A DNA stretch of 64,000 nt, taken from the NCBI GenBank assembly GCA_977017575.1, contig CDRNVI010000184.1:114796-178795 (forward strand), in the 5' to 3' direction. Position numbers and translations under genes: made by a program. Source of the DNA: Paramoeba atlantica (taxonomy: Eukaryota; Protista; Discosea). Below, piece by piece: positions 25,001 to 38,400 of the stretch. The notes under the pieces are model-generated. The model made no database searches. It had not been told where the DNA came from and worked only from the letters and a program-made list of their open reading frames with translations. How positions within the stretch are numbered: the stretch's first letter is position 1; the number at the start of each line of letters is the position of its first letter.

Positions 25001-27301
25001 CTGGCCCAATTCAGTGCATATGGAAGATATATTTTTCGAGGATACACAAAAGTTTTACAGGTCACCAAAACCATGTTCACAACATAACTTGAAGTATTTT
25101 TCCACATTCTGACAATGACCAAGGGCTGTTGATCATCTCTGGCATCCCTGACCCCTTCAGATCAATGAACTTTGGCAGGCAAAGTGGATTTCAACTTTCC
25201 AGTTCTGACCACAAGAGCCTCATCAGGATATTTGGATAGATGTTTATGACTGATGTTGATATCTATATGGCAGAATGTGAGGGTTAGTACTTTCCTTAAG
25301 ATTTAATATAATGATATTTTTTTCAACAGTTTTGGTGTCATTTATAATGTACCATGCGATAGCAGAAAAAATATTTGGGTAAGGATTGGATTCTCTTGTG
25401 GACTGATTGACCCTTAAATGAAGAGTTGGGATCTTTTATTGGCATACTTGGCATGATTTAAGTCAACTGGATCTCAGTTTATGAATGATTGGAATTATCC
25501 AAATGAAGTTTTACAAGCTCTTGAACTTGGAAGGAATGAAACTCAATGAATTATTCATAAGTGGTGTTGAATTCCCTGAGGAAACCATCTCCAGGCACAA
25601 GGGCTTCATCCAGCAGCTCTCTGAAAGAGATCAAAGATGGTGTGTGGCTCCCCACCTTTGAGCATCTACCTTTCCTTTGTGTGGCTTTTGTTCCTTCTTG
25701 CTTCCCTCTTTGTCCCTTTCCTTCCCCTTTTTGTCTTGCTTTGGATCTCTCTTTGTTCTCTCCTCCATCTCTTGTGCTGGTTTGGATTTCTTCCTTTCTT
25801 GTCTCTTTGTTTCTATTTTCTTCCCATTCTTTTTGTCTGTTTTGGATTTTTGGATTTTGTTTTTGGATTTTGTTTTTGGATTTGAGTATGGTTTTTTGTT
25901 GTTTGGCTGTGTTGTTTTGTTGACTGTCTCTTTTTGGAATAAACGCTCAGGGGTGTTACTTGAGTACTTTCAAGCACATAAAAAAACAAAAAGAGAGGAG
26001 GTGGAGATGTGACAGAGGCCAAGAAGTTTTATTTAGAAAGACAGTAGAAAAGTTGAACAATCAGAAAAAACCAACAAATAAAAGATATTTGCAATGTCAG
26101 CTCCTTGAAACCAAACATTCTCTCTTTTAATTTTCTTTATTTTTTTGTCTTTTTTTTTTGTCTTTTTTTTTTGTCTTTTTATTTGTCTTTTTTTCTTTGT
26201 CTTTTTTTCTTTGTCTTTTTTTCTTTGTCTTTTTTCTCTTTTTTTTCCCAATGACAAATCCTTGAATTAGAAAGAGAAAAAGAAAAGAGTGAAATAAAAA
26301 GAGAAGTAAAAGAGAAAAAAGAAAAAAAGAGAAAAAAAGAAAAATAAAAAATAAAAGAAAAAGAGAAAAAATAGAAAAAAAGGGGAAAAAAAAGCAAAAA
26401 AAAAGTGAAAAAGAAAAAAAAGAGAAATAAAAGAGAAATAAAAGAGAAAAGAGAAAAGAGAAAAAAAAGAGAAAAAAAAGGGGGAAAAAAAAAGAGAAAA
26501 GAGAAAAAGGGAAAAAAAGAAAAAAAGAGGGAAAAATAAAAGAGAAAAATAAAAGAGAAAAATAAAAAGAAATAAAGAGAAAAAGAGAAAAAAGAGAAAA
26601 AAAGAAAAAAAAGAGAGAAAAAGAGAAATAAAAGAGAAATAGAAATGAAAATAGAAAGAGAGAAAAAGAGAGAAAAGAAAGAAAAAAAAAGAAAAAAAAA
26701 GAAAAAAAAGAAATGAAAAAAGAATTGAAAAAATGTATGTATTGATTGTCTCCCCACCACATCTCTTTGTTTCTCTTTGTTTCTCTTTTTTTTTTTCTTT
26801 ATTTCTCTTTTATTTCTTTATTTCTCTTTCTTTTCTTTTTCTCTTTTTCTCTTCTTTTTTTCTCTTTTTATTTCTCTTTTCTCTTTTCTCTTTTTATTTC
26901 TCTTTTCTCTTTTCTCTTTCTCTTTCTCATTCTTTTCTTTTTTTTTCTTTCTTTTGTTCTCTTTTGGTTTTTTTTTTCAGTTTTTCTTCCCATTCAAGAA
27001 CCATAAATCTCCCTCTTTATTTTTTTTCTCCTTTCTCCTTTCTCCTTTTTCTTTTTTTTTTCTCTTTCTTTTCTCTTTTTTTCTTTCTTTTCATATCATT
27101 TCTCCCTCTCTTCACCTTTTTCTATTTTCCCCCCTTTTTCTTCCTTTGTTTTTCCTCTCATTCTTTCTTTTCTTTCTTTTCTTTTTCTGAATGTTTCAGG
27201 TTTTTGGATCCAACAGTCAGCCTTTTTTCCTCCTCTAACTCTTTCTTCTCATCTTTGGATGGATTTTCTCTGATGAGAATTTTGTTTTGATGAAAGGGTT
27301 C

Positions 27302-27319
27302 TTTTCATACTCTCTAGGA
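27302..27319 (+). repeat. Half-site of the palindrome family (P3)
   Basis: TTTTCATACTCTCTAGGA, identical to 31001-31018. Confidence 0.6.
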
Positions 27320-27482
27320 TATTGAATTGCCAAAATAGAACACCTATAAAGTCGATACAACCATCACCATCTATATATGTGATGAGATACTTCTGAAAGG
27401 ACAAAGAATGTGGAGGAGAGAAAAGCTTTTATTCTTTTTTTTTTGTCTCTCAAAAAGAGGAAAGAGAATAGCTATTTAGCCA

Positions 27483-28892
27483 ATGTTTGAAAAAAGGCAG
27501 TTTATCGTCGAGGGTGTTTTTGATGTCAAGACCCAGGATTTTTGAGGTCGAGGGCCGCTTGTAGCACGAGACCACAGAATCCTGGTCGAGACTGATCAGA
27601 AACACTCAAGACATGATAAACCTTTTCAAACATTGGCTATAACGTTTTATTGAATTTTGAGGCTGGGAAAAATGAGAGCAATAAATATGGTGTATTTCGA
27701 TTGGTTTGAGTTTGTTTTGGGACGATTGTGTGACAACAATTGAAAGAAAAAGCCTTGTGGGCATTTTTTCATTTTCTTGCGAGAGATGAACCCTGCACAA
27801 AGAGTGGAAAACCCACTGATTGTGTCCCTCCAAGCAAAGGAATGGAACCACTTTGAATTTGACTCCACACACCATTCTGTTCGGATGGTGTTGAATGGCC
27901 CGCATGTGACTCGAAAGGCATTCCTGACTGTTGCAAGTCGTTTCGAGGATTTCTTGACACGTTTTTATAAAAAAAACGAGGAAGAACACCGAGATTATGT
28001 GATAAATGAGGCATTGTTGGTTGAGTTTTACCAAAAATATTTGTTTGTCCTTTCTCATCGAAATGGCGACTGTGTTTACGGATTGTCCTCATTCTTTCCA
28101 GTGATTTCGCTCATGAAACGCTATGTTTTGTGTAAATATGCAATTGATTTCGGTGAGACTCGGCAGTTAAATTGAATCCTAAAGGGAGAAACAGCTGGTT
28201 ATCAGCCAAATAAGAAGAATGTTTTTACCTTGGAGGAGATAAAACAATATTTGTCTTGAGGGATAATGAATGGGGAAGATCTACAAGACTCTCTGTTGGC
28301 TCTTTTTGCTTTCTTTGGATTAGCCAGAAGTGTTGAAGTTATTAACATTTCTCGTGATGAAGTGAAGTTAAAGAAAAATGGGAGTGTATGCTTCACCATG
28401 GAACGGTGCACAAAATCGAAATCTTTGAGGAAAACCAAAGTGGTCATCCCTGTGCTTGATGGGTTTATTCCTTCTGAAGCATTGGAGGATCACCTGGAGA
28501 ACCTCCCCCCTGGTACTTGCCTTTGGTGAAAGTGGAACAAGAACTGAGAGAACTTTGCAGCTCAGCACTTAGGAAAAAACTATCTTGCGAAATTGGCAAA
28601 GAAAATAGCATGTTTTCTCGAGAAGCCTGAAGAAAATTATGCATCGCACAGTTTTCGTCGGTTGGGAGCCACTGCCATGGTGGAAGGAGGAGGCACCACA
28701 GACCAATTGATGGTGTCTGGTGGGTGGACAAGCGAGCAGGTTGCTCATGGATATTATGAAGATTCTGAACGAGCCGCAGGTGAACGTGCCAACCGGATCG
28801 TTGAATCCGAGCAAGCTGAAACTGCACAACCACCAACAGAAACCCCTCCTGTGACAGTAACTGTGACGTTCCAGCCAAATGGTGGACAATGA
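27483..28892 (+). mobile_element. Crypton-like tyrosine recombinase frame (470 codons) with 7 in-frame TGA and no frameshift
   Basis: Single frame from ATG 27483. Catalytic motifs GLARSVE, SHSFRRLGAT and GGWTSEQVAHGYYEDS. TGA at 27543, 27651, 27741, 28173, 28257, 28527, 28545. Confidence 0.85.
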
Positions 28893-29892
28893 GTTCAAGC
28901 CACCTTGGGTGAAAATTGAAAGTAATTTTGTGATGATTTTTGAATTTTTTTTTCATATAAATGATTTTTGGATTCAATTATGTTCTTTTTTATTGATTTT
29001 TTCAATTATCTTGTTGGAATGAATTTTTTTTCAATTATCTTTGTTTATTTGAAGGGAACAACGCTCCTTAAATGGTGCTTTTCTCTCATTGTTCTCATTT
29101 TTCCAGTCTCAAAATTCAATAAAAGAAAGAAAAAGAAAAGGAAAGAGGGAAGAGAAAGAAAGGGGAAAAAAAAGAAAAAAAAAGAAAAAAAAAAAAAGAA
29201 AAAGAAAGAAAAAGAAAGAAAAAGAAAAAGAGAAGAAAAAAGAGAAAAAGAAAGAGAAAGAAAAAGAGAAAGAAAAGAGAGAAGAGAAGAGAGAAAGAAA
29301 AGAGAGAAAGAAAGAAAAGAGAGAAGAGAAGAAGAGAAAACTTTTTTTGAGGACAACCAGCAAAAGAGAAGACCAAAAATACATTAATGGGGAATGTACA
29401 CAACCACCTCTTTCTCATCTGTCCCCTCTTCCTTCCTCCCTCCCTCCCCCCTTCTCCTAACCACTTCCTGAATGCATGGGCCATTTCTCTCTCTCTTCTC
29501 TCTCTTTTCTTCTCTCTCTTCTCTCCTCTCTTTCTCTCTCTTCTCTCTTCTCTCTCTTCTCTCTCTCCTCTTTCTCATTCCTCTTCTCTCCAAACGCAAA
29601 ACAAAAAAAAAATTGGGTTTCACTGAAAAAAAAAACCCACCCAGAATCGAACCCGGTGGGTTCTCTTTTTTTTTTGTTGTTCTTTTTTCGGTGTGTGTTG
29701 GTTGTTCTTTCGGTGATTTCTTTTTTGTTTGTTTGTGTGATTGGTGTTCCTTCTCGCCACATCCCCCTCTCATTCCCTCATGAACGACAACAAACACAAT
29801 CAACCACCCCACCCCTCAGGCAGGTTTTGTTTTTAATTTAAAACATTTCTTTTTTCTGGATAACTTGAAACAGAAAAAACAACAACAACACA

Positions 29893-30852
29893 ATGATGAG
29901 AGTTCAGTTGATGTCGATTGTCGAAGGAGAAGGAGAGTGGGAAGTTCGAAACACTGAGAATGGAGAAGTGTGTTCGATTCAAGCTCAAGATTTTCAAAGT
30001 CTGCGAAGGAAGATCCAGGATGTGTACGGAACTTCAACTGCGGTTCGAGTGTTCTATCTCAATGATGAGTGTGATGTTGTCTTTGTGAAACGTGATCGAG
30101 ACTTGGAAGACACTTTGTTTGTCCTCCCAAAAAAGAACAAGACAACAAGAGTGGTGGAGAGTCAAGTCAAAGAAGAAATCGAAAATGAGATCCAAGAGGT
30201 TGAAAATTGAGTGAATGATGATGAAGAGAAAGTGGGGGATGAGATTTCTGAGAACCCTCAGAAAAGACTCAAGGAACAACAGAAGAGAGAGGAGAAGATT
30301 GAAATGCTCAGTAAACGTGATGAGAAACTGGCAGATCAGATCGATGTTCTTGAAGAAAAGATTGTGGCTCTCCAACGAAGAAAGGAACAGTTGACTGAAA
30401 ACAAAACTCAAGTTCGAGAGAATCTTGTTGATTTGAAAAGTCAAGAGGATGACATTGTTGACAACAAACAAGAGAAAGAGGGGATTGAAGAAATCCAATT
30501 GTCTGAGGAAGAAGAGGAAGAGGAGGAAGAGAGAGATTATGGTAAACCAAGATCATTTGGGCAATCGAGAAAGCTTGAAAACCAATGACGAAACATCGAA
30601 AGAAGACTTTGTAATCTTGAAGCGAAAGAAAAGAAGTCAAAAAAGATGATGGAAACAGAAATTATTCTCAAGAAGCATTTGGAAGAAATCACAGAGAGGT
30701 TGGTGACTGAACCAAAAGAAGAAGAAGAGAAAGACAAAATGTTTATAAATAAGAGAAAAGGAAAAGATGGTTGTCAGAGATACTTTTCTCGCTCATATGG
30801 CTCAAAAAAGAAGTTTTTCAATTCTCCTCCAAAGGAGAGAAGACGGAAATAA
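29893..30852 (+). pseudogene. PB1-like domain + acidic coiled-coil gene, copy B (two premature TGA, same frame)
   Basis: RVFYLNDECDVVFVKRDRDLEDTLF resembles the PB1 OPCA motif. ORFs 29893, 30211 and 30646 are in frame. The TGA at 30208 is CGA in the paralogs. Confidence 0.7.
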
Positions 30853-31000
30853 TAAATAACAAAATTTCATTCAATTGTTTTTATCAAGAAAAAGTTTATT
30901 TCTATTCTTTTTCTTCTTTCTTTTCTTCTTGTTCCTCTTTTTATTCACTCTCCTCTTCTTTTCTCTGTTAGTTTTTCATCTTTTCTTTTTACGAGGTAAG

Positions 31001-31018
31001 TTTTCATACTCTCTAGGA
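31001..31018 (+). repeat. Half-site of the palindrome family (P4)
   Basis: TTTTCATACTCTCTAGGA. Confidence 0.6.
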
Positions 31019-31454
31019 AAGAAAAGAGAAAAGAAAAACAAAAAAAAAACAAAGGTAAAAAAAGAACTCCAATTTTTTTGGGGCTAAAAAAATTCCCAGT
31101 TTTTTTGTTTTCTGTTTTGTTCTCTCCTCTCCTCTTTTTCTCTCTCTTTTTTCTCCCTTTCCCCCCCTTTCTCTATTTTCCTCTTGTTTTTCTTTTCTTT
31201 CTTTTTCCCTTTTCTCTTTTTCTCTCTTTCATAGGTATGCTGTCATTATTGGGTTCATATGTTATTTTTGAAAAAAGTCAAGTTGAGGTTTTGCAGTTTC
31301 TTTTTTCTTTCTTTCTTTCTTTTTCTTTCTTTTTTCTTTCTTTTTTCTTTTCCTGTTTTGTGTTTTCTTTTTTTTATATTTTTTTCTTTTTCTCTAAGTG
31401 AGGTGCTTTATCTTTTTTTTTTTTCTTTAGGGGAGATTTTTTGAGATTCTCTCT

Positions 31455-31569
31455 TTTAATTCAGCAGAAGAAAATTCAACAGAAGAAAATTCAGCAGAAG
31501 AAAATTCAGCAAAAGAAAATTCATATTCTCTGTGTTCGAATTTTCAAATTAGTACCCAGAGAGAATGAA
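31455..31569. repeat. 15-bp tandem repeat (AAAATTCAGCAGAAG x4) running into palindrome copy P5 (31520-31569, reverse orientation)
   Basis: TTCATATTCTCTGTGTTC-GAATTTTCAAATTA-GTACCCAGAGAGAATGAA. Confidence 0.8.
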
Positions 31570-32731
31570 ATAAAAAGATCAATTCAAGGGGTGATGGGTG
31601 GTGGGTTACTTCTCTCCTTTTGTACCAGAGAACCAGAGGGTTAATTCAGAAAATCCAAGAGTTAGATTTTTCCTTTGGTTCCTCACTTTCTTTCCTTTTT
31701 CTCTTTTCTAGATCACTTATAATATATTACAAGGAGTTTTGCCACTGTTTTTTACATTCTTGAATGAAATTCAAAAAAAAAAGACACTCCCTTCCTTCAG
31801 TGAGAGATTGAATTGTGAGTTTTTTGGACTGTTTTTCTTGCTTATGTTTGTTGGGAGGTATGTGACATATTCTTTTTTCTTAAAAAGGTTTTGTTTTCGT
31901 TATTTTTTTTTTATGTTTGGTTTTTATTTGTGTTTTGTATTGTTTTTTATTTTTTTATTTTTTCTTTTGTTGGTTGGTTGGGATGAGTTTGTTGTTTGTT
32001 TGTTAGGAGAATTAATTAAAAACTGAGAGAATTCTGGGTTGTTTTTATGGATTGTTGTTTTTTTCTTTATTATAGGTTTTTTTGGTTGTTGGTTGTTTGG
32101 TTTGGTGTGTAAAGAACATATTATTTAAAACTGTTTAGAACGATTTCACTCCTGAAGTGTTTGTTGGAAAAGAGTTTGTTTGGAGTATTGCTGTGGTGCT
32201 GTTGTTTTGTTTGATTCTTGTGTCTATTAATTATTGTAGTTATTGTTGGGGATGTTATTATTGTAGTTGTTGTTATTGATTATTGGTTATTATTCTTGTT
32301 ATTTATTGTTGTCATGATTATATCAGTTGGTCTGCTCTTAGAGATATTATTTTTTATTTTTGTTTCCATTTTCTTTTTCTTTTTTTCTTTTTCTTTTTTT
32401 ATGTGGTGTCTTGTTTTTTTTTTGTTGTGAAACTTTCTTAAATGAAGCAGGCCTTTTTTTATGCCTGGAAAGCATTGTTAGACTCAACCAAGCTTCAGAG
32501 TTCAAATGAAAAGGTCTCTTGCATGAAAACAACATCTCAAGGGAAAAAAATGAGAGGAATTGGTGCAATTGTTAAATTGTTGGAAATTGAGAAATACCTT
32601 TAATCATTTGGTTGTGTTGAGCTTGGGGCAAGAAAATTCCTTATTATCAAAGGGTGGTAAAGAACCAGGAAAGGGGGCTAACATAAGACTTATTGGGTTC
32701 TTTGGGAGAAAGTTTCTTGGCTTTGTCCTTC

Positions 32732-34715
32732 TTGGGTTGTCACCTGAAGTGTTTTGAAAGAATGTTTGTTTGTTTGGGATTTGAACCTGAGGGGTTGTCT
32801 TCATAAAACCATCTTGAGTCTTCTTGTGATTGATCTGTTTGAGGCTTGAAAGTAGTACAACTCAACTTTTTTTGGTTTTCACTGGTTGAAATTCTGTTTT
32901 TTTTTGGCTTTCTTGAAATGTATTCACTTTCAGCATCAATGATTCAGCAGTATCAGGAGAGAACAAGACTGGGGGAGCAGATGCAACCACTAAATGGTTA
33001 CAAGAGGGAGAAAAGGGGGGTGGAGCAGAACAAGAAGCTACTTAGGGATCTTGAGAGTGGAAGTGACAGTAGCAAATTAGAGAAAGATGAGGGTTTGGGT
33101 GAAGGGGCAAGATCTCCAAATTTTCCTTCTGTGGATCAAATGCTTGAGAGTTGGTTGTTGAAAAGAGATGGAATTGAGCATCAGTTAGATGAATTAACAA
33201 ATTTAATCCTGACTGATGAGGCTTTCACTGAGGAGTTTGACAAACTTGAGAGGAATTTGAAATGATTAAAGTTGAGTATTTCAAGGCATGTGAGGAGCAG
33301 CAGAACTTTGGGGAGCAAGAACAGAAGAAGGTCAGGGGCTACCAAATTAAAAGAGGAGGGCAACTACATCAAACCAAGGAGGAAAGATTTTGTAACTCAT
33401 TATGGGAGAGATTTGCAACCCCTTCCAAGTGAGAATACTGTACCAAACCATCAGTGGGATTGATTGGTAACAGATGTGAGGTTTCTTCATCCAAGTCCAG
33501 AGGATTCAACAAGGGTTGGTGGAACTTGTGGTTCAAATTAACAGAGTTCATTGGCTGGTGCTGAAGTTAAAAGTGCTGAGAGGTCAATGACAATTGATGA
33601 TTTAAATTCACAGGTTTGAAGAATAACTTTGGATGAGTCTACAAGAGGGACAGAGTTAAAAACACTGAAAAAAGTGGACAACATGCCAAAGTTGAACATA
33701 AAATGGGATCTAAAAGCCTGTGATGTGTTGGTGTTTCTGAGAGATTTTCAAGCAGCAATGGGTAATCAAGTGCCAGATGATTCTTTATGGATGCAGTATT
33801 TGAGATCAGCAGTGGAAGGTCCAATGAAACCACAATTGCAAAGATTAAGGAATATTTCTTATCAAGAGTTGCTTCTGTTTGTATTAGAAGGAAATACCTT
33901 GGACTCAAGCTGGAAGAGTAAGGTTCAAAAAGAAATGCAGATGGTAAGACAGATGGAGAATGAGAAAATTATTGATTTTGCAGAGAGGTTGGTGATGTAT
34001 CTTGATTACTTGAAAATAGATTTGGATTCAGTTGAAGTGAAGATGAAGTTGAATGAACCTGTTTTAAAAGTTTATTGAATTCTGTGGGAGGAGCAATTTG
34101 GAGAAGAATTTGTTGAGAATGAATGTGTTATGTGGAATGTTGTGACAAAGTGGGTGCAGAATGCAGAAGGATGGCATTGATATTTGGTGGTGAAGGACCA
34201 ACTGAAACCTTATCAGGATTGGCCATCATCTGCTGTGTGTTTTAAATGTGGAGAAAAGGAACATATAAGAAGAGATTGTTCACAGAGAGAAGAAGAAGAA
34301 GAGGATAGTGGGAATTTCTTTATGGTTGATGGGAAGAAGTATCTTTTTCACTGGAGATGTCAGTGTTGTGGAGGCAACTATCATGAGACAAAAGACTGTT
34401 TGGAGCTGAAGGATCATTATATCCCTGGTTGAGTGTTAAGTTGTTTATTGTTTTGTTGGTTATGAAGTGTTTCTCAGTTGAGAAAACACTTGAAGGGTAT
34501 TGGGTTGTTACCTGAAGGTTTGTTTGTTTGGAATTTGAACCTGAGGGGTTGTTTTATTTTGAATGTCTTTATTTGTAAGTGTTTGTTGAATATTCTTATT
34601 CTTGAAGAAAGACATATTTTCTTTTTTAATTTTCCTTTTCATAAAAGAGCATTAAACCATCTTGAGTCTTCTTGTGATTGATTTGTTTGAGGCTTGAAAG
34701 TAGTACAACTCAACT
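32732..34715 (+). mobile_element. Gag-only retroelement between LTR-like direct repeats (32732-32867 and 34500-34715)
   Basis: One frame 32918-34432 with retrotransposon-gag-like text and zinc knuckles CFKCGEKEHIRRDC and CQCCGGNYHETKDC; internal stops are 5 TGA and 1 TAA. The repeats share GAACCTGAGGGG...GAGGCTTGAAAGTAGTACAACTCAACT. Confidence 0.75.
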
Positions 34716-35489
34716 GTCTTGGAGGGAGTTAAGAAAGTAAAAGAGGGATGGATTGATTTTGTTAAATTTGTCAAAGAAAAAAGAAGGTACAGCAACAAAT
34801 TGAAGAGGAATTTAATAGTGAAAAGGAGCTTTGGGGGGAGGAGTGAGGAGTTACTGAGTGACTACATGGAGAAGAGTTTTTCTGGGTTCAATATACATCC
34901 AAAATGAATGGAGAAGATATTATTAAAGAAGGAATTGTGAAGGGTTATATTTAAGTTGTTTCTTTAAGTTTTGAAGACTGTGGATCAAACTGTAAGGGGT
35001 TACAGTGATTAGGAAGATAGTTGAAGAAGTGAAGATTAATAGTAAATATTGAAAAATCTGCAAACTCTCCAACTTCTAAGATGAGAAATTGAGGAGTTTT
35101 ATGGTGTTTAATAAGATGAATGTTTACTTTGGGCTTAAAGAAGGGGTATTTTCATGAAAAATTGTTAAGAAAGGCAGCAAGGTGAGTTGAAGCAGTGTTG
35201 ATCAACACAAAATCAGAAAAAAAGAAATATAATTTGAGGTATGAGGTTCTATTGTTTGGTTTCACTCTCTCCACTTTACTCAAATAATTAAAAGTAACTT
35301 AGTTTTGCTTGTTTTTACACTTTTTACAAACACTTTCCTTTAATCAATTTATCTTATTATCTTTGTTTTTAAGTAAGAAATTTGAATTTAAAAAGATTGA
35401 TTTTGAGATTATTTCTTTTTTTTTTTTTTTTTTTTTATTCTTTTTTCTCTATTTTTTCTTTTTTATTTTTTTCTCTTTTTTCATTTTTC

Positions 35490-38400
35490 ATTTTTTCATT
35501 TTTGATTATTTTCCAATCACTTTTTTCAATGTATAAATCAATATTTGTATTATTTTCATTTTTTCTCAATTGTTATTTAGTTTTTGATGTTTAAAATTTA
35601 GTTACCAGACAAGTTACAAATAAAATTGTACTTTTTACATAATTTTACAATCTATTTGACTTATTTACAAAAAAAAAAATATATTTCCCTTTGTTTTTGA
35701 TTATTTCCCAACCACTTTTTCAATGTCTATTTGTATTATTTTCATTTTTAGAAAATTGTTATTCAATTTTTGATGTTTAAAAGTTCATTTCCAGACAAGT
35801 TACAAATAAAATTGTATTTTTTACATAATTTTACAATCTATTTGATTTATTTACAAAAAAAAAAACATATTTCCCTTTGTTTTTGATTATTTTCCAATCA
35901 CTTTTTTCAATGTATAAATCAATATTTGTATTATTTTCATTTTTTCTCAATTGTTATTTAGTTTTTGATGTTTAAAATTTAGTTACCAGACAAGTTACAA
36001 ATAAAATTGTACTTTTTACATAATTTTACAATCTATTTGACTTATTTACAAAAAAAAAAATATATTTCCCTTTGTTTTTGATTATTTCCCAACCACTTTT
36101 TCAATGTCTATTTGTATTATTTTCATTTTTAGAAAATTGTTATTCAATTTTTGATGTTTAAAAGTTCATTTCCAGACAAGTTACAAATAAAATTGTATTT
36201 TTTACATAATTTTACAATCTATTTGATTTATTTACAAAAAAAAAAACATATTTCCCTTTGTTTTTGATTATTTTCCAATCACTTTTTTCAATGTATAAAT
36301 CAATATTTGTATTATTTTCATTTTTTCTCAATTGTTATTTAGTTTTTGATGTTTAAAATTTAGTTACCAGACAAGTTACAAATAAAATTGTACTTTTTAC
36401 ATAATTTTACAATCTATTTGACTTATTTACAAAAAAAAAAATATATTTCCCTTTGTTTTTGATTATTTCCCAACCACTTTTTCAATGTCTATTTGTATTA
36501 TTTTCATTTTTAGAAAATTGTTATTCAATTTTTGATGTTTAAAAGTTCATTTCCAGACAAGTTACAAATAAAATTGTATTTTTTACATAATTTTACAATC
36601 TATTTGATTTATTTACAAAAAAAAAAACATATTTCCCTTTGTTTTTGATTATTTTCCAATCACTTTTTTCAATGTATAAATCAATATTTGTATTATTTTC
36701 ATTTTTTCTCAATTGTTATTTAGTTTTTGATGTTTAAAATTTAGTTACCAGACAAGTTACAAATAAAATTGTACTTTTTACATAATTTTACAATCTATTT
36801 GACTTATTTACAAAAAAAAAAATATATTTCCCTTTGTTTTTGATTATTTCCCAACCACTTTTTCAATGTCTATTTGTATTATTTTCATTTTTAGAAAATT
36901 GTTATTCAATTTTTGATGTTTAAAAGTTCATTTCCAGACAAGTTACAAATAAAATTGTATTTTTTACATAATTTTACAATCTATTTGATTTATTTACAAA
37001 AAAAAAAACATATTTCCCTTTGTTTTTGATTATTTTCCAATCACTTTTTTCAATGTATAAATCAATATTTGTATTATTTTCATTTTTTCTCAATTGTTAT
37101 TTAGTTTTTGATGTTTAAAATTTAGTTACCAGACAAGTTACAAATAAAATTGTACTTTTTACATAATTTTACAATCTATTTGACTTATTTACAAAAAAAA
37201 AAATATATTTCCCTTTGTTTTTGATTATTTCCCAACCACTTTTTCAATGTCTATTTGTATTATTTTCATTTTTAGAAAATTGTTATTCAATTTTTGATGT
37301 TTAAAAGTTCATTTCCAGACAAGTTACAAATAAAATTGTATTTTTTACATAATTTTACAATCTATTTGATTTATTTACAAAAAAAAAAACATATTTCCCT
37401 TTGTTTTTGATTATTTTCCAATCACTTTTTTCAATGTATAAATCAATATTTGTATTATTTTCATTTTTTCTCAATTGTTATTTAGTTTTTGATGTTTAAA
37501 ATTTAGTTACCAGACAAGTTACAAATAAAATTGTACTTTTTACATAATTTTACAATCTATTTGACTTATTTACAAAAAAAAAAATATATTTCCCTTTGTT
37601 TTTGATTATTTCCCAACCACTTTTTCAATGTCTATTTGTATTATTTTCATTTTTAGAAAATTGTTATTCAATTTTTGATGTTTAAAAGTTCATTTCCAGA
37701 CAAGTTACAAATAAAATTGTATTTTTTACATAATTTTACAATCTATTTGATTTATTTACAAAAAAAAAAACATATTTCCCTTTGTTTTTGATTATTTTCC
37801 AATCACTTTTTTCAATGTATAAATCAATATTTGTATTATTTTCATTTTTTCTCAATTGTTATTTAGTTTTTGATGTTTAAAATTTAGTTACCAGACAAGT
37901 TACAAATAAAATTGTACTTTTTACATAATTTTACAATCTATTTGACTTATTTACAAAAAAAAAAATATATTTCCCTTTGTTTTTGATTATTTCCCAACCA
38001 CTTTTTCAATGTCTATTTGTATTATTTTCATTTTTAGAAAATTGTTATTCAATTTTTGATGTTTAAAAGTTCATTTCCAGACAAGTTACAAATAAAATTG
38101 TATTTTTTACATAATTTTACAATCTATTTGATTTATTTACAAAAAAAAAAACATATTTCCCTTTGTTTTTGATTATTTTCCAATCACTTTTTTCAATGTA
38201 TAAATCAATATTTGTATTATTTTCATTTTTTCTCAATTGTTATTTAGTTTTTGATGTTTAAAATTTAGTTACCAGACAAGTTACAAATAAAATTGTACTT
38301 TTTACATAATTTTACAATCTATTTGACTTATTTACAAAAAAAAAAATATATTTCCCTTTGTTTTTGATTATTTCCCAACCACTTTTTCAATGTCTATTTG

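Noticed and set aside
23850-28892. DIRS/Ngaro retrotransposon formed by the RT-RNase H remnant plus the tyrosine recombinase
   Set aside because: They are separated by about 2.5 kb of unrelated low-complexity DNA; no ITR/ICR or split direct repeats were seen; the recombinase motif looks Crypton-like; and the indel load differs greatly.
27483-28892. Alternative genetic code (UGA as sense)
   Set aside because: The intact cofilin ends in TGA, and paralog comparisons (PB1, LRR) show CGA in one copy and TGA in another.
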